This document shows positions 37,276-50,089 of a stretch of 63,809 bases of DNA, in pieces. The notes under the pieces are model-generated. The model was not told the origin of the DNA and did not search any database. It was given only the letters and a program-made list of their open reading frames with translations. The stretch covers positions 1 to 63,809 of the forward strand of contig JALDZS010000140.1 in the NCBI GenBank assembly GCA_022813965.1, in the 5' to 3' direction. The number at the start of each line of letters is the position of its first letter. The first letter of the stretch is position 1. The position numbers and the translations under genes are program-made. The stretch comes from Toensbergia leucococca (lineage: Eukaryota).

Positions 37276-38781
37276 ATTCTTTTTGATCTCGAGTGAGACG
37301 GCTACTGCGATCAGGCGTTTATTACTTGTGGTAACTCTTTTGCGGGAAAGATGTTTTTGCTAGGGGCTTTTGCAGGGGAATTGAAGGCTCCACTTCCTTG
37401 AAAATGCGACTTTTAATGATCTTATCTTGTTCCCTCGGCAGATGTTTTTTTATGCTCGCGAAGATTAGCAAAGCTATTGTACCTGCTCTACCTACCTAGG
37501 TTTGCTAGACTCTCTTATTACGTGGCTTTTGTTTTTCGGATGGCTTCACGCCTTTTCCTGAAGTTGACGCTGATTAATTTATGTTGCAATATCCCATGAA
37601 GTTAGAGTCGATGAATGTCGTTGTGATCGCGAGCTGGATTCCGCTTCCTTGGAAATTTTTCGAATGTTCCTGTCTCTCTTGCTGAGCCGGTCTTTTTTTG
37701 CACCCCCTACCCTATTGGTTTGGGTGGGGGCACTTGCATCGGCTTCTCGTTTTTTTCTTCCATTTTTTTCTTGGCGGGGGTCCTTACCTAGGTACATACC
37801 TAGGTACCTAGGTACAGAAATACATACCCAATGCTAAACTAAGGTAATTAGGTACTTTACAAATAACCTCAAAACCAACCAATTCAGTCAGTCACAACTA
37901 ACCCACCCCACCCCACCCCCTTCATGATCACAACCCTTCCACTCTTTCTTTTCAAAATTTCATATCCTTTCATTTTGATTTTCATTCTCTTAATACTTCT
38001 GCGCATGGTGGTCTTGAGTCAGGCTTCCTAGGTTTCACTATTGCGGATATGTATATAAGATACACCCCGTGCTAGAAAGATAGTCTTTGTGCGCCAATTT
38101 GTGAGAGTTTAAGGTGGGGTGGGGTAGGGTAGGGAGGGAGTGATTGTATTGAAAATATCCGGTCATGATTTTATGACATGCACTACCTACCTGCCTTAGC
38201 ATGAGGAAATTATGCATTGCTGCTACTCATCTCCCACCAAAATTGCTTGAAGAAAGTGGTATGATGAGATGTGTTTCTTCTACCCAAATTTCTTTGCTAT
38301 TGTTCATTCCTGTGATTTGTTTGGCGCCATCGATAGCGGCGCCGGATTTTGAAAAAGACTGACTAGGCGTGTACGTGTATAACGAATGAGAGGTTTGGGT
38401 TTGGGATTCAGGGGGTATGAAGATCTGTCTATCTGTCTATCTATCTATCTATGTGAAGATGGAACTGATGCTATGAGGCAGGTGGAGATTGGTGGTTGTG
38501 TAATGGGCGCTTTGAAGGTGTGGTTGTGGGGTTTTATCTAGTGTGTAGATGGACGGAGCTGAGTTTTTGGTGGAGATCTCTAGGTAGGCTCTGCCCAAGA
38601 CTGTGAGTTGTGATGATAGGGTCGGAGCTGGCAGCATGAATGGAGGGCTGGATCTTAAATATCGTCGGTTGATGACGTTGGTTCTTGATGGAATAGGAAA
38701 TACTTGCCCTGTTCTCACAAAGCTAGCTAGCTATTACACTGGCACCTCCAAGCCCTAACGGCGTGTATCTGTGATGCGTCC

Positions 38782-39373
38782 TTATTCATCACCTCGCTCA
38801 TTCCTCTCCATCCACCTCGTCGTCGCCGCCCATTTTTTCAATTCGTCCACAGTCCTGCCAGCTCTGAAACGTATGCTCTTCGCGACACGGTTTTCCGCAT
38901 CAGCCGAAACGGGTGGGGTGTAGCGAGTTGCCTGACTGTCCTTCGCTGTGCTTTTGGTATTCAAAAAAAGAGTCCATGCGAAATCCCATTGGGGGCGAAG
39001 ATCGAGACGATTTAAGGATATGTTCTGGGTGTTTTGAGCTGTCCACTCTTTTTGTATGGGCTATGGAACACTTTGTGGGGCTTTTGGTGGCTGGGTTTTT
39101 GGGAGACTGTTCATGATAGATGAGAAGGTTGGGGCGGCTTCTCTGCAGTAAAGGAGGTAATGAGGTGGAGGAGCTTGAGGAAGTGGAGAATTGAAGGAGG
39201 TTTTGGGAGGGATTGGAAAGATCATGGAGGTAACTTTGGGTGGAAGCTGGACTCTCTTGGTCCCTTTGATTTGTAGTCAGTCGTTGGCGCGACAGGTGTA
39301 GATGGCGCGTATCGGAAGCTGAGAAATTGAGTCGCAGTTTCGGTGCGACATTGTGATTTTCTTTGTCTGACAT
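38782..39373 (-). CDS. Hypothetical Ser/Pro-rich protein (stop at 38900, or extended to 38782 across a T7 frameshift)
   Basis: ORF starting MSDKENHNVAPKLRLNF; no recognisable domain. Confidence 0.35.
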
Positions 39374-40266
39374 GGAGGCCAGATAGTGGCTACGGAAGTT
39401 CAAGGAGGGTAGAGAAAGGAGTGAATGTTTTTGAAAAAAGGGTAGCGTTGTATTGGAGAGAGGGGGATAATGTACTGGTAGACTTATTGGGAGGACGAGA
39501 GTCGTGTCGATGATGATTAAGTCTAGGATTCGCATAGTTAACCCTTGATGAAGGGATCTGTAACAGTCGTCTACACAATCGACGATGAAAGCAGTCCTCC
39601 ATGATGCTACTATTCGCTCAGACCTGGAGAAAGCCACCCTCAAACGTCGTTGTCACTAATGACACCCTCTCATACCATCATCCTGAAGCCCAAGTCATGC
39701 GTTCAACTCTGATCAGGTAGAATTGCGCAGGAGCTAGGCAAGGGTGAGATCATCATTGGCCGCGCCATTGGAAAAGCGGATAGGTAAAGAAGAGACCGGT
39801 GGAGTGAGGCGATGAGACCTAGCTTGTCGGAAGACGTAGGGCTGACTAGGAGTTTTAGGGGGGAATGAAATGTAATTGAAAAGGCCTAAGCAAGCTTTCT
39901 TTGAGCAAGTGCATGCACGTGCCTGTTCGATACCAAAAGATTTTGAACGTTTTAGAATAGCGAGGGCTCTAGCGATATGATAGGTAAGCGCCTTGATCTC
40001 ACCGAGGCATAAGAGAGATTGAAGACCATGGGATGCTGTGATAGTCGTGAAGATGATGGGTACGGTCTTGATCTGTTCTCTATGCTTGACCATCTCCTTG
40101 ACGTTGATCGTGGCCTGGTCGTATTCATGACCATGCGGCATGTACTATGTAGAAACGCAACGATCCTGTGATTGCCTAAAGCATGTGACTATGACCTTGG
40201 CGCTCCATTCATGTGGCGACGTGCTGGAATATCATTTCCTTGGAGGGCAGAGAGGCGGTTTTCTCT

Positions 40267-41457
40267 TCAGATCCACTTTGAATCGATGTAATCTGGCTCA
40301 ATCTTATCGAAAACCTCGCCGCGTTTAGCCGCTTTAAGTCGACGTATAGCGTATAAAGTTTCGTGATGGTTATCGATACCCTTTTCATCTGCCTGTTGCA
40401 TCATCTCGTCAGCCCATGCGTCGGCACTGAGAACACTAAGGTCGTCATGTTGAAGGCCTGGATAGAGAGGTCCATCTCCTGCCGAGTACTTTCTCCCATT
40501 CGCCTCGTTTTCCCTCTGCTGCAAGCCGGCAATAAAGCGCACGGCGGTAGCGAGAGAAACTCGAGCTGCATCGATGTTTTCATTTGCATCGATATCGCTC
40601 CTTGCTAGGGGAACAGTTTGTGCGCTGATGCTCTCGAAGCTGATTGGTGCGCTGAGACGTGATTCATCGCCGGTCCGAATCATTAACATGGTCTCGCGCT
40701 GCGATACCTTGTCAAGGCTGATGCTACCATCCGAGTCTCTGGCAAGGGCTAATTCGGCGCCTGAGTCGAGTACAACAATGATAACTTGACATAGTGGAAG
40801 CACCGAGTAATGTTGCGGACTCGGCCAAGGACCCATCCAACTTTCGCTAGCTTCACCAATATAAATCTGGTGGAGAAGTGAAGAGGCCCTTAGGCAAAAT
40901 GCTTTGTGCGCCTCCAGCATCTCAGGTATTGTCTTAGGACCGTCGTCAGCAATGCGGACTGGGCTGGCAAAAAAGTGACCGAATTTAATATCTGGTTTCT
41001 CCTCATCGTGGTAACGAAACCACTCCTTGTAAATGCATCCAAAAAACACTCTTGGGCAGTGACCTCCCCGTTGAGCACCTTGAGCCCAGTAGAGTACTGT
41101 TGGCTTGTTATAAAGAGCTTTAAGCTGCGCTGGTTCAAGCTGGCCGGTGGGAGGGGAGCTTCCGAGCGTTAGTCTAATAAATTCACTCGTCCAGCTCCAT
41201 CAGGCCTCCTAGTGGAATATAACATCCTTTCGGTAATTGTGATAGTATCTCTTGAGCTACATCTTCAGCTCCTCTCTCAGCTCGGGAGTCAGTGGCTCTT
41301 CGGTTGGGAGAGAAAGCCATCCAGGCCCCCGCCGAGATAATCAGGATTGGGTCGATGGCGTGAGTGGGATGTTCCGGGATTTGACGTTTTCCTTGTTAGA
41401 AGGAGTATCGAGGCCCTTCACCGGACGTGGGATGCGTGACGACTTGCTTGAGTGCAT
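40267..41457 (-). pseudogene. Hypothetical protein gene of 397 codons with four in-frame stops in its 5' part
   Basis: ATG 41457 is in frame with ORF 40267-41049. Stops are TGA 41341-43, TAG 41257-59, TAG 41209-11 and TGA 41200-02; no frameshift. Confidence 0.65.
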
Positions 41458-42347
41458 GTTGTAGGGCTGACGAATGATATGCCACGATATGTATAGTTGT
41501 CTGGTTATGTATAAGAGTCTGCAGTCGAGGTAAAGAAAGTTTGGGAGAGGTTGTGTGAGTGGAAAGATAGAGAAGGAGTATCGAAGGAGGAGATTCCGCT
41601 AGATATAGAGTGTGTATGCGTGGGTGTGTAAGTCGGAAGCTAGAGAAGAATCATCGACAGGGGAGAATCCGCTAGGTAGGTAGGTAGGTATGAGTTGTGA
41701 GTGATGAGTGTGATCGGTGACGTGCTGGTTCTATTTCACAAGCCTCGATTGTGATTGGTCGAGATGTGCTTCGTGCTCGAGTAGGTTTAGTACAGCAGCA
41801 CATGACGAACACGTGACACGTGAGCCAGACAGTCTAGCGAGGATGAATCCTCATTTCCACTTCCACTTCCACTTCCACTTGTCCTCATTGTCCTCGACTT
41901 GCCGCCCTACTCCAGCCATCACTTCGATGAGAAGCGACGCCCAGAAACCACCACGTGGAGGCGTAGGGTCGGACTTTTGGTCTCCGTGAACGGTGGGTAG
42001 TATGACCACTACCACACCCGATCGACCCGGGGTACCAATCTGTCCTCAAGCTGTGCAGGTTCACGATAACCTTCCGACTTTTACAAGGGCCGCCGTACGT
42101 CGGAAGACCGCCTCCACCCCGTGTATTCGCAACAGCTCTCAAGATTGTTCTGGTCGATCTCTCACTGGGACCGGGGGGGAAGTCCAATAAAGTAAACTGT
42201 GGTCTCTCATTACGACGACTGGGGGAGGCGGGAGCGGGGGAGGTGGGAGCGGGGAAGGTGTTGACGTGGGAGAGGGAGGGGGGATGGGTGGGAGAGAGAA
42301 GGGGAGCCGGGTCCGTGTCCGAGGGTGACGCTGTGGCCTGCATCACT

Positions 42348-42965
42348 CTATTGGATTCTCAAATCTTGGCTCGGATCCCTACACTTTGATAGGAAAACGC
42401 AGAAAGTCCGTGCCTCTAACACGTCTTTGACTTCCTCGACTTCCTCACACTCCTGGACCACGATTTTATGTACCGTTCGATAGCCGATCTGGTGTTTATA
42501 GTCTAGTAGCATCCGCACAGTGCTGGCGCCATTGACACTGCCCAACTGGGCATAGAATCCCTCATCGCCTTCCGTGTACATCCTGTAGCCCTTGTCTGTG
42601 GCTTGGTGCGATGCGGAATTCGATGCTTTTGAGGCTTGCAAAATGGTCATTAGGATCTGCTCGTTGATTACGCAGTGTCGAAATATCAATCGGAGGCCTG
42701 ATGGAAGTGCTCCTTCACCCTCGTGAGCTGCCGCATGTAGAAAGGATTGCCAGATGATTTCAGATGGCCACAAGCGCCGTTCCGGCTGATTCTTGTCGGG
42801 AGATTTAATGTTCTCCATACAAACCATGACTCCCTGCTCAGGATGGAATCTATTGGAGTATGCTGTGTCGTCAGCACCGCGGTTTTCGACATCAACATAT
42901 CGGAATTCCTCGCCGTCGATGTGCATTTCCTCAAGAATAGCTTCAACATCGTCCGGGGATTCCAT
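42348..42965 (-). CDS. Hypothetical fungal protein, 5' part probably disrupted
   Basis: 205-aa globular-looking ORF (WPSEIIWQSF, FYAQLGSVNGASTVRMLLDY). Upstream coding-like sequence is broken by stops and frameshifts. Confidence 0.5.
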   Translation of the reverse strand: MESPDDVEAILEEMHIDGEEFRYVDVENRGADDTAYSNRFHPEQGVMVCMENIKSPDKNQPERRLWPSEIIWQSFLHAAAHEGEGALPSGLRLIFRHCVINEQILMTILQASKASNSASHQATDKGYRMYTEGDEGFYAQLGSVNGASTVRMLLDYKHQIGYRTVHKIVVQECEEVEEVKDVLEARTFCVFLSKCRDPSQDLRIQ

Positions 42966-44317
42966 CTTTCTCGCAGTAACTTTGTACCAATCTTTCAGGG
43001 ATCCACATTCATGATCGTTCTGAGTGAAAGTAGATAGCTCCCGATGCAGTCTCCTGCGTTTCTCAAGAGATTTTTGATACTTGACTTCAAGTTTCTCAGC
43101 AAGCGGCCGTACCTCATATGTCGAAGTATTGGCGATGATGTGTGAATTTTGTGGTACACCTGGTTGTGGAGATGCGTCGTTCGTGCAGTATTTATTACTG
43201 TCGCGATTGCTCCTTCTCCGAAATCGAATCTAGGTCCCTTTCCTTCCTCGCCACTCTCCTCCCGCAATGTTCAAATATCTTTGCGAGCATGCCCATTCCC
43301 GGTTGTCCCTTCTCTTAACAAAGTAAACAACAGATCCTCGGCTTGGGCAGACTTATTTCTCCAATCAAATCTCATTGGAAACAGTAGCAAAGACGCTTGC
43401 GGCACGTCGAAGGTATGTTCCATTTTGGCAAGAGCGAAAGAGGGTAATTTGCAGAGCCCGCAATGTTATGGCAGCGAAGTGAAGCGTAGCAATCTATCTG
43501 TACATGTGGGCTTGCTCTGCACGGAGCTCACCTAATGGGGCAGTAACGTGATTGTGAAAGAAGACTGATCGTGCTAGATCACGCTTCGCTGCATTTCTAT
43601 CGGGAGGTCTTAGTCCCGATGGATCTAGTACTAGTCTATGAGTGATGTCGATCAGCTTGGGAGTCATGAATATATATAGGCGAGGCGAAGAGAGAGAGAA
43701 TGAGAAAGAGAACATGTAAGATTGATTGGTTCGGATCATACTTTATCCGTACTAGCTGTTCGAGCTAAGTAGAATACAGTAAAATAGCCGGCACATGACA
43801 TGACATCATGGGCAATATGTGCTTCCAACCACCCAACTCTCTCCTCCTCCTTCAAGATACACCAGCCCTCATTCACTAATTCAGCCAGATTCTACTAAAG
43901 ATCAAGCGCGTCAAGAGGTGGAGATGCTGTGCGAGGAACAAATCTTGAGGTCGACAGGATGAGACTACCTTGCGAGTACCGTCTCAAACAATCAATGCTG
44001 CCAACGACCAAGGTGTCTTGACCAGCTTCTTTCCCAGCACGTGAAAGAGAAATCTACCTAGTGACGCCGGTGAAATGATTGATTCATCATCAAGAGGCGT
44101 CATCAGGCATTTGCTTCGATTCCCACCATGCACTCGACACAATGATGTTATATCAGGCAGAAATGATGCGAGAACAGGTCTCCTCCGTCATACCAGCCTC
44201 GTTCGCTGCCCGCGAGCCTGATATGGACATCCCGATCATCCCAGTCCACCTGTTGCCAATTCTCGTCGTACGAGATCCATTCTCAGCCGAGCGAGGATGA
44301 ACCGACGAGTCAGAATA

Positions 44318-44479
44318 CTCGTACGGCCGGAAAGTCTATCCTCTTGGCACACTAACCTGATCGGGATCACCAATCGGACCGGTCAGGTACATTCTCACCT
44401 ATCCTGAAATGTGGGTGACTCGATTGATATTGCCAATCGAGTTTGCGTGTCAAGAGGATAGACTTTTCGGCCGTACGAG
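44318..44479. mobile_element. MITE (162 bp) with TA target-site duplication
   Basis: TA|CTCGTACGGCCGGAAAGTCTATCCTCTTGGCAC ... GTGTCAAGAGGATAGACTTTTCGGCCGTACGAG|TA: 33-bp TIRs with 2 mismatches. Confidence 0.85.
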
Positions 44480-44683
44480 TATCTTACTGTGCAACCACAC
44501 TCGGCTCGTACTTTGGCGCTGGAGCCTGGGGTCAAGCGACATCTGAAGAAGGCTGGAAATATCGTGCAGTCTTTGACCCATCTAGTATATAGGTGAAGGC
44601 CGAGCGTGCAACATCTGCTACTATCCGTACTCAGCTTGTCAACCTATCCTTCTGAATTTTTTTCTTACCTGTCACTTCCAATC

Positions 44684-47600
44684 ATGTCCGAACTCAAACA
44701 TTATCGCGTTCCCAGAGCGTCAAGTCCTTATAGAGACTCAACCCAACCCGAGGAACCGCTAATTTGTCTGTCGCCCAATCTCTCATCGCACGAGGTGTGC
44801 CAAAATGTTATTATCGCGTTATGCTCGCCACTAACTCGCCTTTAGACATCCAATGAGAATGACTCTAGGTCTCGTCGCCTTTGTCAGATGGACTCCTCGT
44901 ATACGAGTGCTCCGTCTCGCCGGGCCTCAACTAGTAGCAGAACTGATTACGACATTGCACTGGAAAGAGCGAGAGAATTTAGTCTCATGGATGCCGATGA
45001 TTTGGAGAGTCACAAGTTGGTCATGTTCCATCTCTGTAATATATATATGTACACCGCTTACTCGGCGAACCCCATTATAGTGTAGACATCGTACAGAGAC
45101 ATGATCTAGCTGTAAAAAACCCCGCTAATCGGTTGCTTCATCCTGGAGAGAGACCAATGTGTCAAGGTCGTGGCAGAAGGCGGTCAAAAAGTCCCAAAGG
45201 GAGTCGTAGATCTCCCTCAACACCCTTGAGCCGGTGTGGCCAAGAGAAACTTTCAGTGATGAGTGAAAGGATTTGCCGAGGATGCAAGAAACTGGGCAAC
45301 GGTGTTAGCTATTGCAACCTATGCGCTGTGAATTTATGTTGTCAGTGCTGGGACCTACAAATCGCCCACAGTGAAGCTGCAAGGGGGCCAGACAACGTAC
45401 CGCATGAGAAGACCGACTACGAAATTGCTAAGAAGATCCGAGCCTCCCTTGAGTCGGAGCTCACAGAAGAGCAGCAGAAAAGCCTCCACCGCAAGGATGA
45501 GAATACGACGTGGTTTGGAGTAGCCAAAGATGAGACGGAAGACCTCGTATTCGAAGACTGTGGAAGATTTGCTTCAATAATTGCTGATTGCTCTACGGGC
45601 CGTCGAGCGTCACAGTATCCGGCGTTGGTATCTTTTGTAGGCCAGACAGGTCGGTCTGAAGCGATCCAAGTGAGATAGCATGCACTAATAAAATATCAGG
45701 CGCAGGGACGAGTTCTTTGATCAAGATGCTCATCGAAATTAATAGTAGCATTAGAAAGGGTCCAGTACCAGTTGTTGGCTCTGTCAATCACAGTTTCCCG
45801 ACTTCTGGCGACGTTCACTTGTATTCCGATCCCCAGACGTACACCACTGGTTCTCCAATACTCTATGCCGATTGTGAGGGATTAGACGGTGGTGAAAATG
45901 AACCAATGGCCGCTCAGATAAAGCATAGCGATGGCCAAGCAGCCATTCTGAGCCAGCCGGCAACGAGAAGCGCTTCATTCCAAAAAAGAATAAGAAAGAA
46001 GCATCATAGCTCTCAGAGGGACATCACCTGGGCGACTACACCTGAGAAACGAAGCCGGCAATATTCAGTGACAAATCTCTACCCACGCTTGCTTTACACA
46101 TTTTCAGACGTGGTGGTATTCGTTCTGAAGAATTCGCGGTATGCTTCGCTCCCCACAAAGACACAGTCATTCAGCGCTGACACGAAACAAAGGACCATTG
46201 AGAGTGTAGTCGAACAGCTAATTGCATGGGCGTCTGCGGCTCTCGAGAAGTCGACAAACCAACCCGTGTTACCACATCTGATAATCGCTTTGAACGCAAC
46301 GGAGAATGCAATAGACCCTCGATTATGGGAGATTGAGTTCTCCACAGAAAATCTAATGGAGACTGTAACAATGGCACTTATGGTGAAGGAGAGTTTCAGA
46401 AAGTACGTCAAATTTTGGCAAGAGCGAAAAAGGGTAATCCGTAATGCTCGCGACCTTCTGTGTTCCTACTACTCTAGTGTGCGTGTGGTGCGAATTCCAA
46501 CAAGAGGCCGCCCTCAGCTTATCAGCCAACAATTGGGTAAGCTCTACAATCAGATCCTAGAAAATTGTAAAAGATCGCACCGTGGAAGGCAGAGAATGCG
46601 AATGTTGCTAGACGCCGATGAGTTACAGCCGTATCTTCAGTACGCATTTGATCATTTTTCCAGCGACCTAGACATGCCCTTCGATTTCGTCAAGGCATCC
46701 ATACTCAACAATCCTATTCCTCGAGACTTCGGCGGTAACATACTCAAATTGGCTATCCATGTCATGTCCGTCTGGAGAGACAAACTTGACGGCGCCGGAA
46801 TTTTCAAAGAGCTAAGTCCTATGGTGGCTTCGTGTATAATGCTGGATGCAGCTCGCCATAGAACTCCAGGTAGGTCTCAAACTACCCCTACTATGGAAAA
46901 CGATCCCTGAATGTTGACAGGGACGGCTGAGACAATTTTTCGAGAGCATTACATGGTGTACTGCGATGATGCGATTGAAGACTTTTGTGACCGTATCTGG
47001 CCTTGTGAAGTTGGCAGCTCATTAGGGAGATGCAACAACGTCAAGAGCGGTCACACATCGAAAGGACATCAACTTCAAAGTGGAAAGGCCTTTGGAACAG
47101 GACCATATCAGTCCGAGTTCTCTGCAGAGTCTTACAGTGACATTTGGAAGAGCAATATCCATCATCATCTTGAACTTCTCTTATGTAGACTTCGTGAGGC
47201 AGCCAACGACAACGAGCCCCAAGAGATAAGCGCAGCTCGGATCCACCAGAAGTACGTATTAACACCCTTCTTGAAGCATGTCAATTCTTCAGAAAATTAC
47301 ATCAGCCATTCCATATGCTTGTCTTGCCTGATAGCTCCCCCGGAGCATGCGTTACCTTGTGGTCATATTATATGTACACCATGTCTCCAAGCCTTTGGTA
47401 TACCCAAAGGAAAGACTTTAGTGGAGATCTATGCATGCCCTCTATGGCACAAGAGACCCGTAACGTGGAGTAAGCCGTGGCGGGTAACCTTCAAGCCTGC
47501 TTCGGCTGGTATCCGCATATTGACGCTTGACAGGTCAGTCTTTGCCTTCTTAACTCCATAGTAGATGTGAGGATACTAAATTCAATAGCGGAGGGATACG

Positions 47601-49603
47601 AGGGATCGCACAGCTGGAGATTCTCCGACTTATTCAGACGGCTTTGGGCGGCCGAATTCCACTTCATCAGTTTTTTGATCTTATTGTTGGCACAAGGTGA
47701 GTAAAATGACCGAACTTGAGAGGTCGTTAGTTCAATCGAGGTGGTAGCTGACACCAGCTTTATTAGTACTGGGGGCTTGATCGCCCTCGGTCTCGGTGTC
47801 AAGGGCTGGGATATTGATCACTGCATCGAGCAATTCAATTCTCTTTGCCAAAAAGCCTTTACCCCTCGTGGAGGCCTTGCCATGTTAGGCATCGCACGCA
47901 TGATTCGGGCGCGTAATGGCAGCATCTACAGAACAGAACCTCTACAGGACGCTCTTTTGTCGATCTACTCCGATAATCCGCTGTTCGGTGGCCTTCGTTA
48001 CAGGGAGAGCCCACAGACAAAAGTAGCCTTGGTAGCAACATCTGCTGCCGGGCTACAACCTGTAGTTCTGTCTAATTATAATCGCATGCAAGGAGATGAA
48101 GAGAAGAGTAGTATTCCTTTTTTTGGGAGGAGATTCAGAATAATGACTGACCGTGTCAAGGAAGCTATATATTCCAACGACCGGAAAAGCCAGAATTAGA
48201 GTTGGAAGCTTGGGAAGCGTATGGAACATCCTCTGATGTTGCAGGATGGTTTAGCTCATGTTTGTGTTCAGTGCTCGAGCGACGTTTGCGGCACCCACTT
48301 ATTACAGGCCATTTCCACACGAGCCATCGAAGCAGACGTATATTGACGGCGGCGTCTGGCACAATAACCCTGTAGCCATTGCCGATTCGGAGCGAAAATT
48401 GATCTGGCCTGATGCGGCCAACATGCCTCCTGATATCCTGCTTTCGATAGGCTCTGGCTATTGTCTAAAACTTACGAGCTCAATGCATTCTTCTAGGAAC
48501 TCAGCTAGACTAGGTGTTGGATCGAACCTCAAGGCCATGTACCGAAATGCCGTAGATCATGTTCATAGTAGTGTCGACTCTGAAAAGGCTTGGCGAGGAT
48601 ATATTGAGCGGTTGTTGCCATTGCCAGAACAACGGTTTCGATATCGACGGCTGAATATTGAGCTTGATGAAGCGCCTCCGAAACTTGACGATTTTGAGAG
48701 TATGGAGGGACTTGAAGAAGAGACAAGGAGACAATGGAGTCTGGACGAGCGCATTCAGTACGTTGCGCAGCACCTGGTCGCTACGATCTTCTACTTTGAG
48801 AAAACCAGAGTCGAGCATCTTGAAGATGACTCGTACATTTGCTCAGGTATGTTTCATGATCTACGTAGCAGATGTGGTGCTCACTACTCTCCCAAGGTTT
48901 CGTACAGTGTCGACTACTTCAGAGATCGCAAAGTGTCTGTGATCTTGGAAGATATCTACGCGACTGTCAGTTGGATGACCACGGTCCTTATTTCATTGTT
49001 CAGGAAAAATCCCAACAGCCTCGAGCAGAAAGATTCCCGATTGGTCACGAAGTCATCGGCGACATGATTCGGAATGGAAGATTTCACATGCAGCAATTTA
49101 GTTTTACCATCTCGCGCCCCTTTATTGTTTCGGAGATCTTACTTTGTCTTAAAAACCAGAGCTGGTGGATTCCAATCAGCGGATTCCCTAGATCGTTACA
49201 GATGGAGGACAATCAAAGAGGTAGGAAATTGACGTTCTGCCAAGTGAAGCAAAAAGCTGACTATTGTGTAGTAATCCGTCAACTTGGTGGCAGCTTCAAT
49301 AGATGGCGCACACCCTCGCAACTCAACCGCCGGGGTCAGTGGTCCGGCCCGAAGTCCGGCCCGAAGTCATTGAATATATGGATACCCCATGAAGACACCA
49401 TCTCCCAATACTCTGATCCCATGTATCTGGTTGGAAACTCTACACTTGATGGCTTAGCCGAAGTAAGTCGACGCTTCCAGGAATCGCCTATTGAACTCCA
49501 AGACAATGCCATATTTGAGATAGATGATAGCTCGCCTGTGCTAGCTGAGCTTCCAACCCAAGACTGGGCGACCCCTCATCCGGGCCAGAGAGAAATGGCG
49601 TGA
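44684..49603 (+). CDS. Multidomain protein: Cys-rich zinc finger - P-loop GTPase-like - RING-like - patatin phospholipase, multi-exon
   Basis: CRGC..CNLC..CCQC..H; LVSFVGQTG|AGTSSLIK, PTSGDVHLY, YADCEG; CLSC..LPCGHIICTPC; RILTLDSGGIRG, DLIVGTSTGG (GxSxG), YIDGG. Confidence 0.85.
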
Positions 49604-50089
49604 ATGACCATCTTGGCGATTTATCTAATGAGGACCTCCGGATTTAACGTACTTGGGTGTTCTTCAAGAGTGGTTCCGATGACTTGATCTCCTTCTGTCT
49701 TTTTGACGCAGATACTTGATCTAGAAATCATTTCAATTTCCAACATTTATCTTGGAGAAATTCTGAGGAGAAACCAATATCGTTGACAAGTCCACCGCTT
49801 GTACCCCTGGTCAGATGTAGCACTTCGTGGAAGCAACAAAGCAGCATTTAAATTCCCTTCCCGTGACCATCGCACTACAAATGCTCTTTACAAAAGGCAA
49901 TCCATTCAGCACAGAGTCAAAAATAACCATCTCCCAGCCCTACAAGGCAAGGACTTTTTCAGTCTAGATTCTATGTCATTGATCTCTCCTTGTATCGCCA
50001 AGAAACAGCATCCCGATACTATCCGTTTCTGTCAGCCGGATTAAGACATATTACAACCTTTTCTCTTGATGCTTTATTACCTATCTCAG

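Noticed and set aside
39734..40141. 135-aa ORF
   Set aside because: No recognisable domain and no supporting gene structure.
38424..41880. Microsatellites (ATCT)n ~38424-38451, (TAGG)n ~41673-41689 and (TTCCAC)n ~41855-41880
   Set aside because: Ordinary short tandem repeats.
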